A stretch of DNA of 61,069 bases, filler included. It is 5 parts of 5 records of this genome, joined end to end, with 100 filler letters (N's around TTAATTAATTAA, not from the genome) between each part and the next. Parts side by side here need not be neighbours in the genome. Positions count along the whole stretch, not along the records: positions 31,351 to 49,987 come from SRR20825010_6777; 4 more parts are not named here. One strand, given 5' to 3'. The notes under the pieces are model-generated. The model saw only the letters and a list, made by a program, of their open reading frames with translations, ran no database searches and had not been told where the DNA came from. This document shows positions 40,099-50,087 of this stretch, piece after piece. Every line of letters begins with the position of its first letter. The first letter of the stretch is position 1. The position numbers and the translations under genes are program-made.

Positions 40099-41799
40099 AT
40101 GTCAGTAGAATTGAACACAAATACTTTTGACGCCATTGTGGTGGGAACAGGAATAAGCGGTGGCTGGGCAGCAAAGGAGCTTTGCGAGAATGGTCTCAAA
40201 ACCCTGGTTTTGGAACGTGGAAGAATGGTAAAACACGTCCAAGACTATCCCACCATGAATCTTGATCCTTGGGATCTTCCCAATGCCGGGGAGACTCCTG
40301 CCAAAATAAAGGCTAAATACCCCAAGCAATCCCGTTGGGGATTTGATGAAACAACAAGGCACTTCTTTAATGACGATTCGGTATATGATTATGATGAAGC
40401 CAAACGTTTCGATTGGATTAGAGGTACACAGGTAGGTGGCCGTTCCTTGATTTGGGGAAAACAAACCTATCGTTGGTCAGATATGGATTTTGAAGCGAAT
40501 GCCAAAGACGGTATTGGGGTCGATTGGCCCATACGTTACAAAGATATTGAGCCATGGTATGCACATGTAGAAAAGCATATAGGGGTTAGTGGCGAGGCGC
40601 TGAACCTCCCCCAATTGCCCGATAGCGTGTTTTTGAAGCCGATGGAGTTGAACTGTGTGGAAGAACATTTTAAAAAAGGCATTTCAGAAAATTACGAAGA
40701 TCGGGTTTTAACCATCGGGAGGGTGGCACATATTACAGAAGGTACCAAACCCGGGGCCGGAAGGATTAGTTGTCAGTACAGAAACCGCTGCAAGCGAGGC
40801 TGCCCTTATGGCGCCTATTTCAGTTCAAATTCGTCTACATTGCCAATGGCAGAAGCTACAGGGAATATGAGCATTCGGCCCGATTCTATTGTGTGCGAGG
40901 TGCTGTACGACAAGGATAAAAAGAGGGCCACAGGTGTAAAAGTTATTGATGCCATCACAAAGGAAGTGTTGGAGTTTAGGTCTAAAATTGTTTTTCTCTG
41001 TGCCTCATCCATGGCTTCCACAGCCATTTTAATGCAATCCAAATCTGAGGTTTTTCCCAACGGCATGGGCAATGCAAGTGGGGAATTGGGCCACAACATT
41101 ATGGACCATCAACTGGGCGGGGGCGCCAGTGGCAAAATTGACGGATACGATGATAAGTATTACAAAGGAAGAAGACCCAACGGATTTTATATTCCCAGGT
41201 TTAGAAACATAAACGGCAATTCCAAAAATTTGGATTTCATTAGGGGATATGGGTATCAGGGTGGTGCCGGCCGCAATGATTTTAGTACGCTCATCCCTGA
41301 ATATGCCTATGGAAAAGAACTTAAAGAGGTCATGTTTAAACCGGGAGAATGGCGAATTAACCTCGGCGGCTTCGGAGAAGTATTGCCGTATCATGAGAAC
41401 CACATGTACCTCAATTATGACAAACTGGATAAGTTTGGCCTGCCCACTATTGTATTTGATGCAGAGTTTAAGGAAAATGAAAAGCGCATGAAAAAAGATT
41501 GGATAGAACAAGCTCAGGAAATGCTGGAAAATGCCGGTTTTAAAGAGGTAAGGGCCAACCATAGGGAATCCTATATGGGTGGAGGCATACACGAGATGGG
41601 AACTGCTAGGATGGGCAGAGACCCTAAGACTTCGGTCTTAAATAAATATAATCAACTTCATGAAGTACCCAATGTATATGTAACTGATGGTGCTTGTATG
41701 ACCTCTGCGGGCTGCCAAAACCCTTCCTTGACCTATATGGCCTTAACGGCAAGAGCGGCGAATCATGCAGTTGCAGAATTGAAGAAAATGAATTTATGA
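40099..41799 (+). CDS. GMC family FAD oxidoreductase (glucoside 3-dehydrogenase-like flavoprotein)
   Basis: VGTGISGG, VGGRSLIWG, Cys cluster CQYRNRCKRGCP, HEMGTARMG, QNPSLTYMA. Confidence 0.9.
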   Translation: MSVELNTNTFDAIVVGTGISGGWAAKELCENGLKTLVLERGRMVKHVQDYPTMNLDPWDLPNAGETPAKIKAKYPKQSRWGFDETTRHFFNDDSVYDYDEAKRFDWIRGTQVGGRSLIWGKQTYRWSDMDFEANAKDGIGVDWPIRYKDIEPWYAHVEKHIGVSGEALNLPQLPDSVFLKPMELNCVEEHFKKGISENYEDRVLTIGRVAHITEGTKPGAGRISCQYRNRCKRGCPYGAYFSSNSSTLPMAEATGNMSIRPDSIVCEVLYDKDKKRATGVKVIDAITKEVLEFRSKIVFLCASSMASTAILMQSKSEVFPNGMGNASGELGHNIMDHQLGGGASGKIDGYDDKYYKGRRPNGFYIPRFRNINGNSKNLDFIRGYGYQGGAGRNDFSTLIPEYAYGKELKEVMFKPGEWRINLGGFGEVLPYHENHMYLNYDKLDKFGLPTIVFDAEFKENEKRMKKDWIEQAQEMLENAGFKEVRANHRESYMGGGIHEMGTARMGRDPKTSVLNKYNQLHEVPNVYVTDGACMTSAGCQNPSLTYMALTARAANHAVAELKKMNL

Positions 41800-41861
41800 T
41801 CCAGTATTAAATTTAGTTAAGCATATAATTACTGTACAAACACTAGACCATGCTTAAATTA

Positions 41862-41890
41862 AAAAACCCCGACAGACTGTCGGGGTTTTT
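41862..41890. terminator. Bidirectional intrinsic terminator between the convergent GMC and GH78 genes
   Basis: AAAAACCCCGACAG-A-CTGTCGGGGTTTTT. Confidence 0.85.
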
Positions 41891-41967
41891 GCTTCATAAT
41901 TTTTTACTATGGTGAGTTCGATTTAAGACAAAACATACCTCACTGATTACCTCTTCATTAAAATTAA

Positions 41968-42071
41968 TGTTTCCGTTTCCACGAGCCAGCCTCGTCCGAA
42001 GACAGGTGCAGTCGAGAGGTTTTAGACAATTATACCTTTATAACAAGGTCTCGACTACGCGCGACCGGACA
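41968..42071. repeat. Degenerate REP-like palindromic element
   Basis: Arms GTGCAGTCGAGA (42006-42017) and TCTCGACTACGCGCGACCGGACA (42049-42071) around an AT-rich loop; resembles Flavobacteriaceae GCAGTCGAGA/TCTCGACTGC repeats. Confidence 0.5.
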
Positions 42072-42130
42072 AAATTACTTTAAACAACTCCTTAACAGAT
42101 AAAAATCAATCGAGCTCACATTTTCAAAGA

Positions 42131-44893
42131 CTAGGGTTTTAAATTTCCTGCAGGATAGCTAAATTGATAGGTACCCGAGCCCAATTCAAGTTGCACACCT
42201 TCCTCCGTTTGTTTTAATGTTTTTAATACTTCTGATTTCATTTTGCCGTTATTTAGCAAAATATTGTCGGCTGTGGCTTTAGCCAAGGTAACAGTGGCCG
42301 TGGTATTTGCCGGAATCATTACTTCATAATAAAAATTTCCATCCTTAATTTCCCAAGCAGATTTTATCTTTCCGTAAAGGGATAAGAACTCAGCATTTGC
42401 AGAAGTCAATCCACCTCCAGGGTGGGGATCAAAAATGATATGTTTATATCCCGGGTTCTCTGGGTCAATTTTTAAACCGCCTACATGGGTATAGAGCCAT
42501 TCGCCAATTGCCCCGTACGAATAGTGGTTAAAACTGTTCATACCTTCAATAATGGTACCGTCCGGTTTTTGCGTATCCCAGCGTTCCCAAATGGTGGTAG
42601 CCCCCATAGTTATAGGATAAAGCCAGGAGGGGAATTCCTTACGATTTAATAACATAAAGGCCAAGTCATCGCGACCTATTTTGGATAGTGTAGTGCAGAG
42701 TAACGGGGTACCTAAAAACCCAGTGGTCAAGTGTCCGAATTTCTCTATATCGGCCGCAAAATATGCTGCCGACTTTTCAATTAAACTTTCAGGAATCAAA
42801 TCGAAGGAAATGGCCATGGCATAGGCCGTTTGCGTATGGGAGACCAAACGCCCATTGGGTGTAATATATTCTTGCTCAAATGCTTTCTTTATGTTTTTGG
42901 CCTGTTCTTCATACTTGCCAACATCTTCTTTCTTACCAATAATGGAAGCTATTTTGGCCAAAAGTGTGGTGGAATAATAGGCATAGGCCGTCGCGATCAA
43001 ATCTTTCTCGGTTACCGAACCATTATAGTCGGGCTTATCGGCGTTATAGGCCAGCCAGTCGCCCCAGTGCCAGTGCTTGGGGTCGTTCCATAGGTAATCG
43101 TCACCTGCTCTTACGGCCATATAATCTACCCAGCCTTTCATACTTTCATACTGTTCTTCCAAGATTCTTTTATCCCCGTAGGACTGGTATACCGTCCAAG
43201 GTATAATTACGGCAGCATCGGCCCATCCGGTGGCACCTCCCTGGGCAGCTACACCTGTTGCGTCGCTTAGAATATCCGGTATTACATTAGGCACCAATCC
43301 GTTCCCGTGTTGATCCAGTGCTAAATCTTTTAACCACTTTGTATAAAATGTGGCAACATCAAAATTATAGGCAGCGGTCATACTAAATACCTGGGCATCA
43401 CCTGTCCAACCAGCTCTTTCATCGCGTTGTGGACAATCTGTAGGGATATCCAAAAAATTATCTTTCTGTCCCCACTGAATATTGCTCTGTAACTGATTGA
43501 CCATTGGGTCGGAGGTAGTAAAGCTGCCAGTAGGGGAAATATCCGAATGAATGACTATCCCCGTGATATCGTCCAGACTCAAGGTGCCCGGATAATCAAT
43601 TACCTGAATAAATCGAAACCCATGGGATGTAAAATGGGGTTCGAAAATTTCCTCTCCTTCGCCTTTCAATGTGTAAATATCTGTTGCCTCGGCGGCTCGC
43701 AGGTTCTTGGTGTAAAAATTGCCGTCCTTATCCAGTACTTCTGCAAATTTTAGGGTGACCTGATCACCTTTTTCACCTTTTACCCTCATGCGTGCCCATC
43801 CAACAATATTCTGACCCAGGTCCAGAACTACTTCTCCCTTAGGGGTAGTAATCAGTTTTTTGGGTTTTATTTCTTCTATAGCTTTTACTGGAGGACCTTG
43901 GGGGGCCACCAATATTTCCTTGGAATGGTCAAGGATTTGGACCTTGGTCCAATTGTTATCATCAAATCCGCTCTGGGCCCAACCCTCCATTTCCAATCGT
44001 GCATCGTACTTTTCACCGTTATACATATCGGATTCCAAAATGGGTCCGTAGGAAGCCTTCCAATCCCCATTGCTTACAATGGTCTCCTTTGTTCCGTCAG
44101 CATAATTGATGTGAAGCTGCACCAACAAGGCAAGTTGCTTTCCATAATAGGCATAGTCGCCTTTCCAACCAATATTACCACGGTACCAGCCATCACCAAC
44201 TATAGCTCCTATAGCGTTATTGTCCTTTAACATATCGGTTACATCATAGGTTTGATACTGCAATCTTTTGTCATAGGTGGTATAACCAGGAGTAAAAAGG
44301 TCGTTTCCTACTTTTTCGCCGTTCAGATATAATTCATAGACCCCTAAGGAAGTTACCTGAACTTTGGCAGATTTGATTGCTTTTTGGGTATTGAACTCGG
44401 TTCTAAAATACTGGGAAGGGTGCGATTTTTTTTCTGTGGTAAAATCGTCCATGGCAATATAAGAAGCGGTCCAAAGTGACTTATCCAAAATACCCATTTC
44501 CCAGAATGCCGGGCTACTCCATGAAGTTGCACGGTTTTTATTGTCCCAGATCCTTACCTGCCAATATACGCGTTGCATTGAGGTAAGCCCTGGTCCACCG
44601 TAAACAACGTTTACAGATTGGTCGCTTTCTACTTTTTGTGAAGACCAGATAAGGTTTTTGCCGCTTGTCAGGTTTTTCCTGGTATCGGCAACCCGAATTT
44701 CGTAGGCGGTCTGCATTACATTTTGGTCATCGGAATGCAATTGCCAACTCAACCTTGGCTTTTCCACATCAATACCAATAGGGTTTATTTTGTATTCCGT
44801 GACCAGTTGTGTTACTTCCTTCTTTTTTATTGAAAAGGAAGTGATGATACCTAAGAGAAGTATAAGTGAAAATTGTTGAATGGTTGTTCTCAA
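42131..44893 (-). CDS. GH78 alpha-L-rhamnosidase
   Basis: PTDCPQRDERAGWTGD, WGDW, ATTIWERWD, MNSFNHY; signal peptide. Confidence 0.95.
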   Translation of the reverse strand: MRTTIQQFSLILLLGIITSFSIKKKEVTQLVTEYKINPIGIDVEKPRLSWQLHSDDQNVMQTAYEIRVADTRKNLTSGKNLIWSSQKVESDQSVNVVYGGPGLTSMQRVYWQVRIWDNKNRATSWSSPAFWEMGILDKSLWTASYIAMDDFTTEKKSHPSQYFRTEFNTQKAIKSAKVQVTSLGVYELYLNGEKVGNDLFTPGYTTYDKRLQYQTYDVTDMLKDNNAIGAIVGDGWYRGNIGWKGDYAYYGKQLALLVQLHINYADGTKETIVSNGDWKASYGPILESDMYNGEKYDARLEMEGWAQSGFDDNNWTKVQILDHSKEILVAPQGPPVKAIEEIKPKKLITTPKGEVVLDLGQNIVGWARMRVKGEKGDQVTLKFAEVLDKDGNFYTKNLRAAEATDIYTLKGEGEEIFEPHFTSHGFRFIQVIDYPGTLSLDDITGIVIHSDISPTGSFTTSDPMVNQLQSNIQWGQKDNFLDIPTDCPQRDERAGWTGDAQVFSMTAAYNFDVATFYTKWLKDLALDQHGNGLVPNVIPDILSDATGVAAQGGATGWADAAVIIPWTVYQSYGDKRILEEQYESMKGWVDYMAVRAGDDYLWNDPKHWHWGDWLAYNADKPDYNGSVTEKDLIATAYAYYSTTLLAKIASIIGKKEDVGKYEEQAKNIKKAFEQEYITPNGRLVSHTQTAYAMAISFDLIPESLIEKSAAYFAADIEKFGHLTTGFLGTPLLCTTLSKIGRDDLAFMLLNRKEFPSWLYPITMGATTIWERWDTQKPDGTIIEGMNSFNHYSYGAIGEWLYTHVGGLKIDPENPGYKHIIFDPHPGGGLTSANAEFLSLYGKIKSAWEIKDGNFYYEVMIPANTTATVTLAKATADNILLNNGKMKSEVLKTLKQTEEGVQLELGSGTYQFSYPAGNLKP

Positions 44894-45049
44894 GATAGTT
44901 GTTGTTTAGGAGTTGATATGATAGTCAAAAATATCGATCGGGGAAGGAAAATGCATCCTGCTCTGTCCTGTTGATTTGGTATTGCAAAAACAACAAATAT
45001 CCCCATTGCCCAAAGTTTCACAGGACACAAAAATGAGATGTAGAAGTAT

Positions 45050-46573
45050 CTATTGGGGCGCTCCGATAACTTTAACCGGGCCACCATCAGCACCACTGGT
45101 CCGGGCCTTGTTCTCTACAAAATAGGGCTGAAACGTATAGGATGAATTTGAATCCCATTGTACATTGGTTTTGGGCAGGTACCTTTTTAACTGTTCTATT
45201 TCCTCCCTATATTCCGGATTTTCAGCTTGATTGGCAAACTCGTTCGGATCGTACCGGTGATCATAAAACTCTTCTCCCCCGTCTTCATATTGAATGTATC
45301 GAAACTTATCTGTTTTTACGGTATGGTTGTTCCTTCCAAATGTCGTAAGGGCAACCAAAGATTCTTCCATATCCTTATCGAGCATAAGTGGCACCAAACT
45401 TTTACCTTCGTTTCTATCATATGCATCCAACCCACATAATTCCAAAAGAGTCGGGTAAATGGAAAGTAATTCTACCGGTTTGTCAATTATCCTGCCCTTA
45501 GGCAGATTGGGTGCGGCGAACAATAGTGGTGCATTGGTAGCAGAATTCCATAGGGCGTGCTTGGCAAAGGTGCCCTTCTCCCCTAATCGATATCCATGGT
45601 CGGACCACAGGACAATAACGGTATTATCTGCATAATTACTATTGTCCAGGGCATCTATCAATCGGCCTATTTCATAATCCACATAGCTAATGCACGCCAA
45701 ATAAGCCTGGATAATTTTAGGCCATTCCCCACTTTCAATGGCCCATTCCGTAGAGGGCATCATGGGAAGGTCATTGATCTGCAGTGCAACTGGTGGAACA
45801 TCGTTAAGATCATCTTTCCTATATGGTCTTGTTTTTATGCTATCCAAGGGATGCATATCGAACCATTTTTGCGGTACGTATAAGGGAACGTGAACACGTA
45901 AAAAGCCAATGCCCATAAAAAAAGGCTTGTCAAACTTCCGTTTAAGCCGCTCAGTGGCCCAATTCACCGATTTATGATCGGGCATTAGCGAATCGGCTTC
46001 GGGAAATGCTCCCCAATCCGTACTTGTTCTACCATATTTTTTTCTATCCGAGTTGCCGTAACCATCCCAAACAAAACGTTCCGGCGGATATGGTCCAAAA
46101 CCCTTCACCCTACCACCGGATTCATCAAAAGTACCCTGAGGAGCATGGTCATGAAATAATTTTCCAATTCCCATGGTATGATAACCATTGTTTTTAAAGT
46201 ATTCGGGCAGCATAACTATGTCTTTGGTTACCGGATTATCGGAACGAATCTTATCGTCGTCTATCATACCATAAATACCAGTGGTGGAGGGGCGCAGACC
46301 AGTCATTAAGGAGGCCCGTGAAGGGCCGCATAAGGGAGCCTGGCAATGGGCATCGGAAAACATAATGCCCCTAGAGGCCAACCTGTCCAAATTAGGTGTT
46401 ATGGTATTGGAAACCTTATCCAAAACCCCTAGCATATTATTGAGATCATCCACCGCAATAAAGAGTACGTTGGGGTGTTCTTTTGTAATGGCTTCACCTT
46501 TATTATCCCCTTCCTTACAGGCATTCAAAAACAGTAACCCCAGTAAAAAAATTGTATAAACTCTATCATTCAT
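45050..46573 (-). CDS. Formylglycine-dependent sulfatase (iduronate-2-sulfatase-like), lipoprotein
   Basis: Lipobox LNAC; PNVLFIAVDDL, LCGPSRAS, GKLFH, WSDHGYRLGEK. Confidence 0.92.
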   Translation of the reverse strand: MNDRVYTIFLLGLLFLNACKEGDNKGEAITKEHPNVLFIAVDDLNNMLGVLDKVSNTITPNLDRLASRGIMFSDAHCQAPLCGPSRASLMTGLRPSTTGIYGMIDDDKIRSDNPVTKDIVMLPEYFKNNGYHTMGIGKLFHDHAPQGTFDESGGRVKGFGPYPPERFVWDGYGNSDRKKYGRTSTDWGAFPEADSLMPDHKSVNWATERLKRKFDKPFFMGIGFLRVHVPLYVPQKWFDMHPLDSIKTRPYRKDDLNDVPPVALQINDLPMMPSTEWAIESGEWPKIIQAYLACISYVDYEIGRLIDALDNSNYADNTVIVLWSDHGYRLGEKGTFAKHALWNSATNAPLLFAAPNLPKGRIIDKPVELLSIYPTLLELCGLDAYDRNEGKSLVPLMLDKDMEESLVALTTFGRNNHTVKTDKFRYIQYEDGGEEFYDHRYDPNEFANQAENPEYREEIEQLKRYLPKTNVQWDSNSSYTFQPYFVENKARTSGADGGPVKVIGAPQ

Positions 46574-46602
46574 TTATCGAGTAGATTTTTTTAATCGAGG
46601 TT

Positions 46603-48516
46603 TTATAAAACTTCAATACTTATTTCTACTGCCGTTTCTGTTTCTTCAAAAAAGGCCATAATGGGCAGGGCCTCTGCCCCAGGTACCATATTGAATGTTC
46701 TTTCACCTGGAATTTCCTTTATCGCTAAAGGCACATTGGCCTTGATGCTCACTAGGCCTTCCGGTTTTTGAACTGTTATTTCGTTCGGATTTGGTTGCGC
46801 TACTTGCTCCCCGGTAGGAGATATTATGGGGAGTACGAATGCCGTTTTTTCTTTTATGGATTGGGAAGTCTGAGCAGTAATCCGCATTACATCCTTTGCA
46901 CAGGTATAGTTCAGTTCAAAATCCGATGCCGTCTCTGTGACCGCTTCATTTTCTTCGTTTTTGAGCTGCGCTTTTGCTCTTAACTTTATTTCTCCCTCGG
47001 CATCCTCTGAGGTCATGGTTGCCGTCCTATCAAATATATTGCTGTACCAAACATCGTCCTTGAATGTTTCCACACGAGGGGTAAAAGCAAAATCTTCCCC
47101 AGGGTTGGGTTGCTGATTATAAGGTTCTACCAATTTATAAATGGCCATACTGGCCGCGCACAACAGGCCTACCTTGTTATGGTACAATACCGACAGGGCC
47201 CCTCCGGTTGCCTGTCTGTAATGGCCATCCTTGTAAATGGCATCATAGGCCGTGACCGTTCCGCGCCAATCGCCACGGGCAAAAAGATTGGTATCCAATT
47301 CGGCAAAATACTTTATTCCATCCGCAATGGTTCTGGGCAAGGGAGCTGTAGTATTTATTTCGGGAAGGTGACCCCAATGATCGAGCATTGCGGCCAGATT
47401 TTTGGAGTGAGAAAACGTATGGTGCACACAGGGTTTTATACCATGGGACAGGTAGTGGATACCTCCGTGCAACAGTCCATCGGCAGTGCAGCGACGTAGC
47501 AATTCTGTACTTTTTACCGCGGCCGTACCCAATGCAGGGTTTTTGTGGGCCATCATTCCGAATGCAGGTTGACATCCGTCCGTGGTTCTACTTCCCCAGT
47601 ATGTCCATTTAAATTGACGCGTCCCCCAACTATTGTCCCAGCCCCCATCGGGCAACATAAATTCCAAATGGCTATTCAAGGATCTGGTAATGAGGTTCAA
47701 CAGATCTTCATCATTGGCCTGCAGGGCATACATGACCAGGCTATTCATGGACTCTTCAACGTTATAACCAAGATCAACTGCCGGTAACCCCTTGGCACTT
47801 CGCTTATCGCTTGGCTTCCCTTCTCCGAACAACAACTGGTTTGGTTCTGTAAAAAAAGCCTTGACTTCCTCGGCCAACTCCTTGCTACGGGCTATATAGC
47901 TTTCATTGTCTAGCACCCTGCCTATCAGGTTGAGCCCGTAGACGGCAGTAGCCGGATAGTTTATATTGGTGAATGATATGGTGAACCTCTGATATATGAA
48001 TTCTGCTGCTTTTCCCAAACGATCTTTCCAACGTTGATGTCTGGCATCATCCAGTAGATCGCCATAATAATGTAAGGCCTCGGCAAGGGCTATAGCACCA
48101 AAAATGGTAGTGCCGTTCCACGATTTGGGATCCAGCCCATTGGACCAACTACCATCCGGAAGACTAACATTGCTTTCCCATTCAAAGGCAGCTATTCCGG
48201 CATCAAGGTACTTCTTTTCGCCTGTAGCCTTTGCCATATGCAAGAAAGGGTAAACTGCATCCATACTGCGTGCATGAACCACATCACAAGCAGGGCATTT
48301 CAACATTCCGTGTACCTTGGTATCACTTGGATCAATAACTTGAACACGGATCATTCCATCACACCAGTCCTTTAACAAATCGAATGCCAGCTTCCTAAAC
48401 TCTGCAGAATGTGTCGGCTCCGTTTTCTGGGCACAGGAATTTAGCCACGAAGCCATGGGGAGTGTTAAACCTATTCCGCCTATTGTTGAGAGTTGTATAA
48501 ATGCCTTGCGTTCCAT
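46603..48516 (-). CDS. Uncharacterised helical-barrel + beta-sandwich carbohydrate enzyme (possible PL37/ulvan dehydratase-like), Tat-like lipoprotein
   Basis: MERKAFI...LNSC; CPAC, DLGYNVEES, PDGGWDNSWGTRQFKWTYWGSRT, CVHHTF; located between GH105 and a sulfatase. Confidence 0.45.
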   Translation of the reverse strand: MERKAFIQLSTIGGIGLTLPMASWLNSCAQKTEPTHSAEFRKLAFDLLKDWCDGMIRVQVIDPSDTKVHGMLKCPACDVVHARSMDAVYPFLHMAKATGEKKYLDAGIAAFEWESNVSLPDGSWSNGLDPKSWNGTTIFGAIALAEALHYYGDLLDDARHQRWKDRLGKAAEFIYQRFTISFTNINYPATAVYGLNLIGRVLDNESYIARSKELAEEVKAFFTEPNQLLFGEGKPSDKRSAKGLPAVDLGYNVEESMNSLVMYALQANDEDLLNLITRSLNSHLEFMLPDGGWDNSWGTRQFKWTYWGSRTTDGCQPAFGMMAHKNPALGTAAVKSTELLRRCTADGLLHGGIHYLSHGIKPCVHHTFSHSKNLAAMLDHWGHLPEINTTAPLPRTIADGIKYFAELDTNLFARGDWRGTVTAYDAIYKDGHYRQATGGALSVLYHNKVGLLCAASMAIYKLVEPYNQQPNPGEDFAFTPRVETFKDDVWYSNIFDRTATMTSEDAEGEIKLRAKAQLKNEENEAVTETASDFELNYTCAKDVMRITAQTSQSIKEKTAFVLPIISPTGEQVAQPNPNEITVQKPEGLVSIKANVPLAIKEIPGERTFNMVPGAEALPIMAFFEETETAVEISIEVL

Positions 48517-48577
48517 CTGCCTTATTTATTTGGTTTAGCTTTTTATCTGTGATACGGGATGATTATTGGATCCTTTA

Positions 48578-49681
48578 TTAATTGCCACCAACCATTTTGT
48601 AAATTTCAGAACCGGCACTTAAAAAAGCTCCTGTTCCGTATACTTCGGTTTTATCAGGGCTTGCATTTCCGGGTTCGGCACCAATGGGCTGTACATACCC
48701 CAACATACCATCTTCATTTACATAACCTGCCATGGCATTCCACCCTTTGGTTACCGCTTTTTTGTATTTGGCACCTTTTAGTATTCCATTATTGATGCCC
48801 CATGTTAAACCATATACAAAAAATGAGGAACCACTAGTTTCAGGAGTAGGGTAGAATTCTTGGCCCAATAAACTCATTGCCCAATGCCCCTCTGGAGTTT
48901 GTATTTCAAGAAGTTTTTCGGACATTTTATTATAAATATCCAAGAAGTATTCATATTCCTTAGTTTGTGGTTTTAGATTGGATAAAATATCGGCCAAGCC
49001 GGCATATACCCAGCCATTTCCACGTCCCCAAAATATTTTGGTCCCATGATCCAGTTCACCTTTAAATCTTTCGTCCCTATAGTACAAGTGGTCTTCGGTA
49101 TCAAATAAAAATTCTGTAGTAGCCTTGTACTCTTCAAACATGAAGTCCAAATATTTCTGTTCCCCTGTTATATTGTACAGATCGGCCCAGACAGGGGGCG
49201 ACATAAAAAGGGCGTCGCACCAGTTCCATCGATCTTGATGATATGGACTTCCCCAGTTTAACTTGGTCTTCGCCGGATGGTGCATAAGAAAACCAAATTG
49301 TTCTATGGTAGGCTCTAACATTTCCTCTTCACCATATTTTCTAAAGAGGGCAGCATACATACGGCCAACAGCGTGATCATCGGCATGGTATTTCCGTTCG
49401 TGCAATTGCCAATTGTTTTGGATGCCTATTCCCTTTAACCAATTAAAGTAGGTATCATCATTGGCCATTTGGGCCCATTTGGCCATTCCTACATAAAGGG
49501 CTGCATTGGTCCAATGCAGTGGATGATGTGGTTTCTTATTGCTGTAACTGTCATTGATATGGTCCATTTGCCAATCGGCAACCTTTTTCATGATGTTTCT
49601 TACCTCTTGTGGTTTTATGTCCTGTGCAAAAGATAAATGACCAAAGAATAAAGAAATGAGCAGTAAATGAAATGTTTTCAT
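48578..49681 (-). CDS. GH105 (GH88/105) unsaturated uronyl hydrolase
   Basis: YHADD, WCDALFMSPP, FWGRGNGW, PETSGS, LGYVQPIG. Confidence 0.92.
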   Translation of the reverse strand: MKTFHLLLISLFFGHLSFAQDIKPQEVRNIMKKVADWQMDHINDSYSNKKPHHPLHWTNAALYVGMAKWAQMANDDTYFNWLKGIGIQNNWQLHERKYHADDHAVGRMYAALFRKYGEEEMLEPTIEQFGFLMHHPAKTKLNWGSPYHQDRWNWCDALFMSPPVWADLYNITGEQKYLDFMFEEYKATTEFLFDTEDHLYYRDERFKGELDHGTKIFWGRGNGWVYAGLADILSNLKPQTKEYEYFLDIYNKMSEKLLEIQTPEGHWAMSLLGQEFYPTPETSGSSFFVYGLTWGINNGILKGAKYKKAVTKGWNAMAGYVNEDGMLGYVQPIGAEPGNASPDKTEVYGTGAFLSAGSEIYKMVGGN

Positions 49682-49987
49682 ATTGTTTTTTTAAATGATC
49701 GATTATATTGAATTAATTGAGCCCTATTCTTCCTTATGATCCAGGAATACAAATAAGAATGTCCATTACAATTTTAGTAGACTTTAAACGAATTTGCATC
49801 CTGTACTGTCCTGTGGCCCACCAACATTAGCTAATGTTTTTTGTACCCTGCCAAAGGGAAGTGTGAAAGTGATACCGGAGTCCATTCCGGTTATAATATC
49901 TCACTTCAATTAAAAGATTTCGATACTGTAAATAGAAAAAACCTTTCTTTTTGGGTTAAATCGGATAGGAGGAACGGGATTAATTCC

Positions 49988-50087
49988 NNNNNNNNNNNNN
50001 NNNNNNNNNNNNNNNNNNNNNNNNNNNNNNNTTAATTAATTAANNNNNNNNNNNNNNNNNNNNNNNNNNNNNNNNNNNNNNNNNNNN
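49988..50087. other. Artificial contig spacer
   Basis: N run with TTAATTAATTAA. Confidence 0.98.

Noticed and set aside
49700..49987. Short ORFs at the contig 3 end
   Set aside because: No recognisable motifs; probably the upstream region of the GH105 operon, truncated by the spacer
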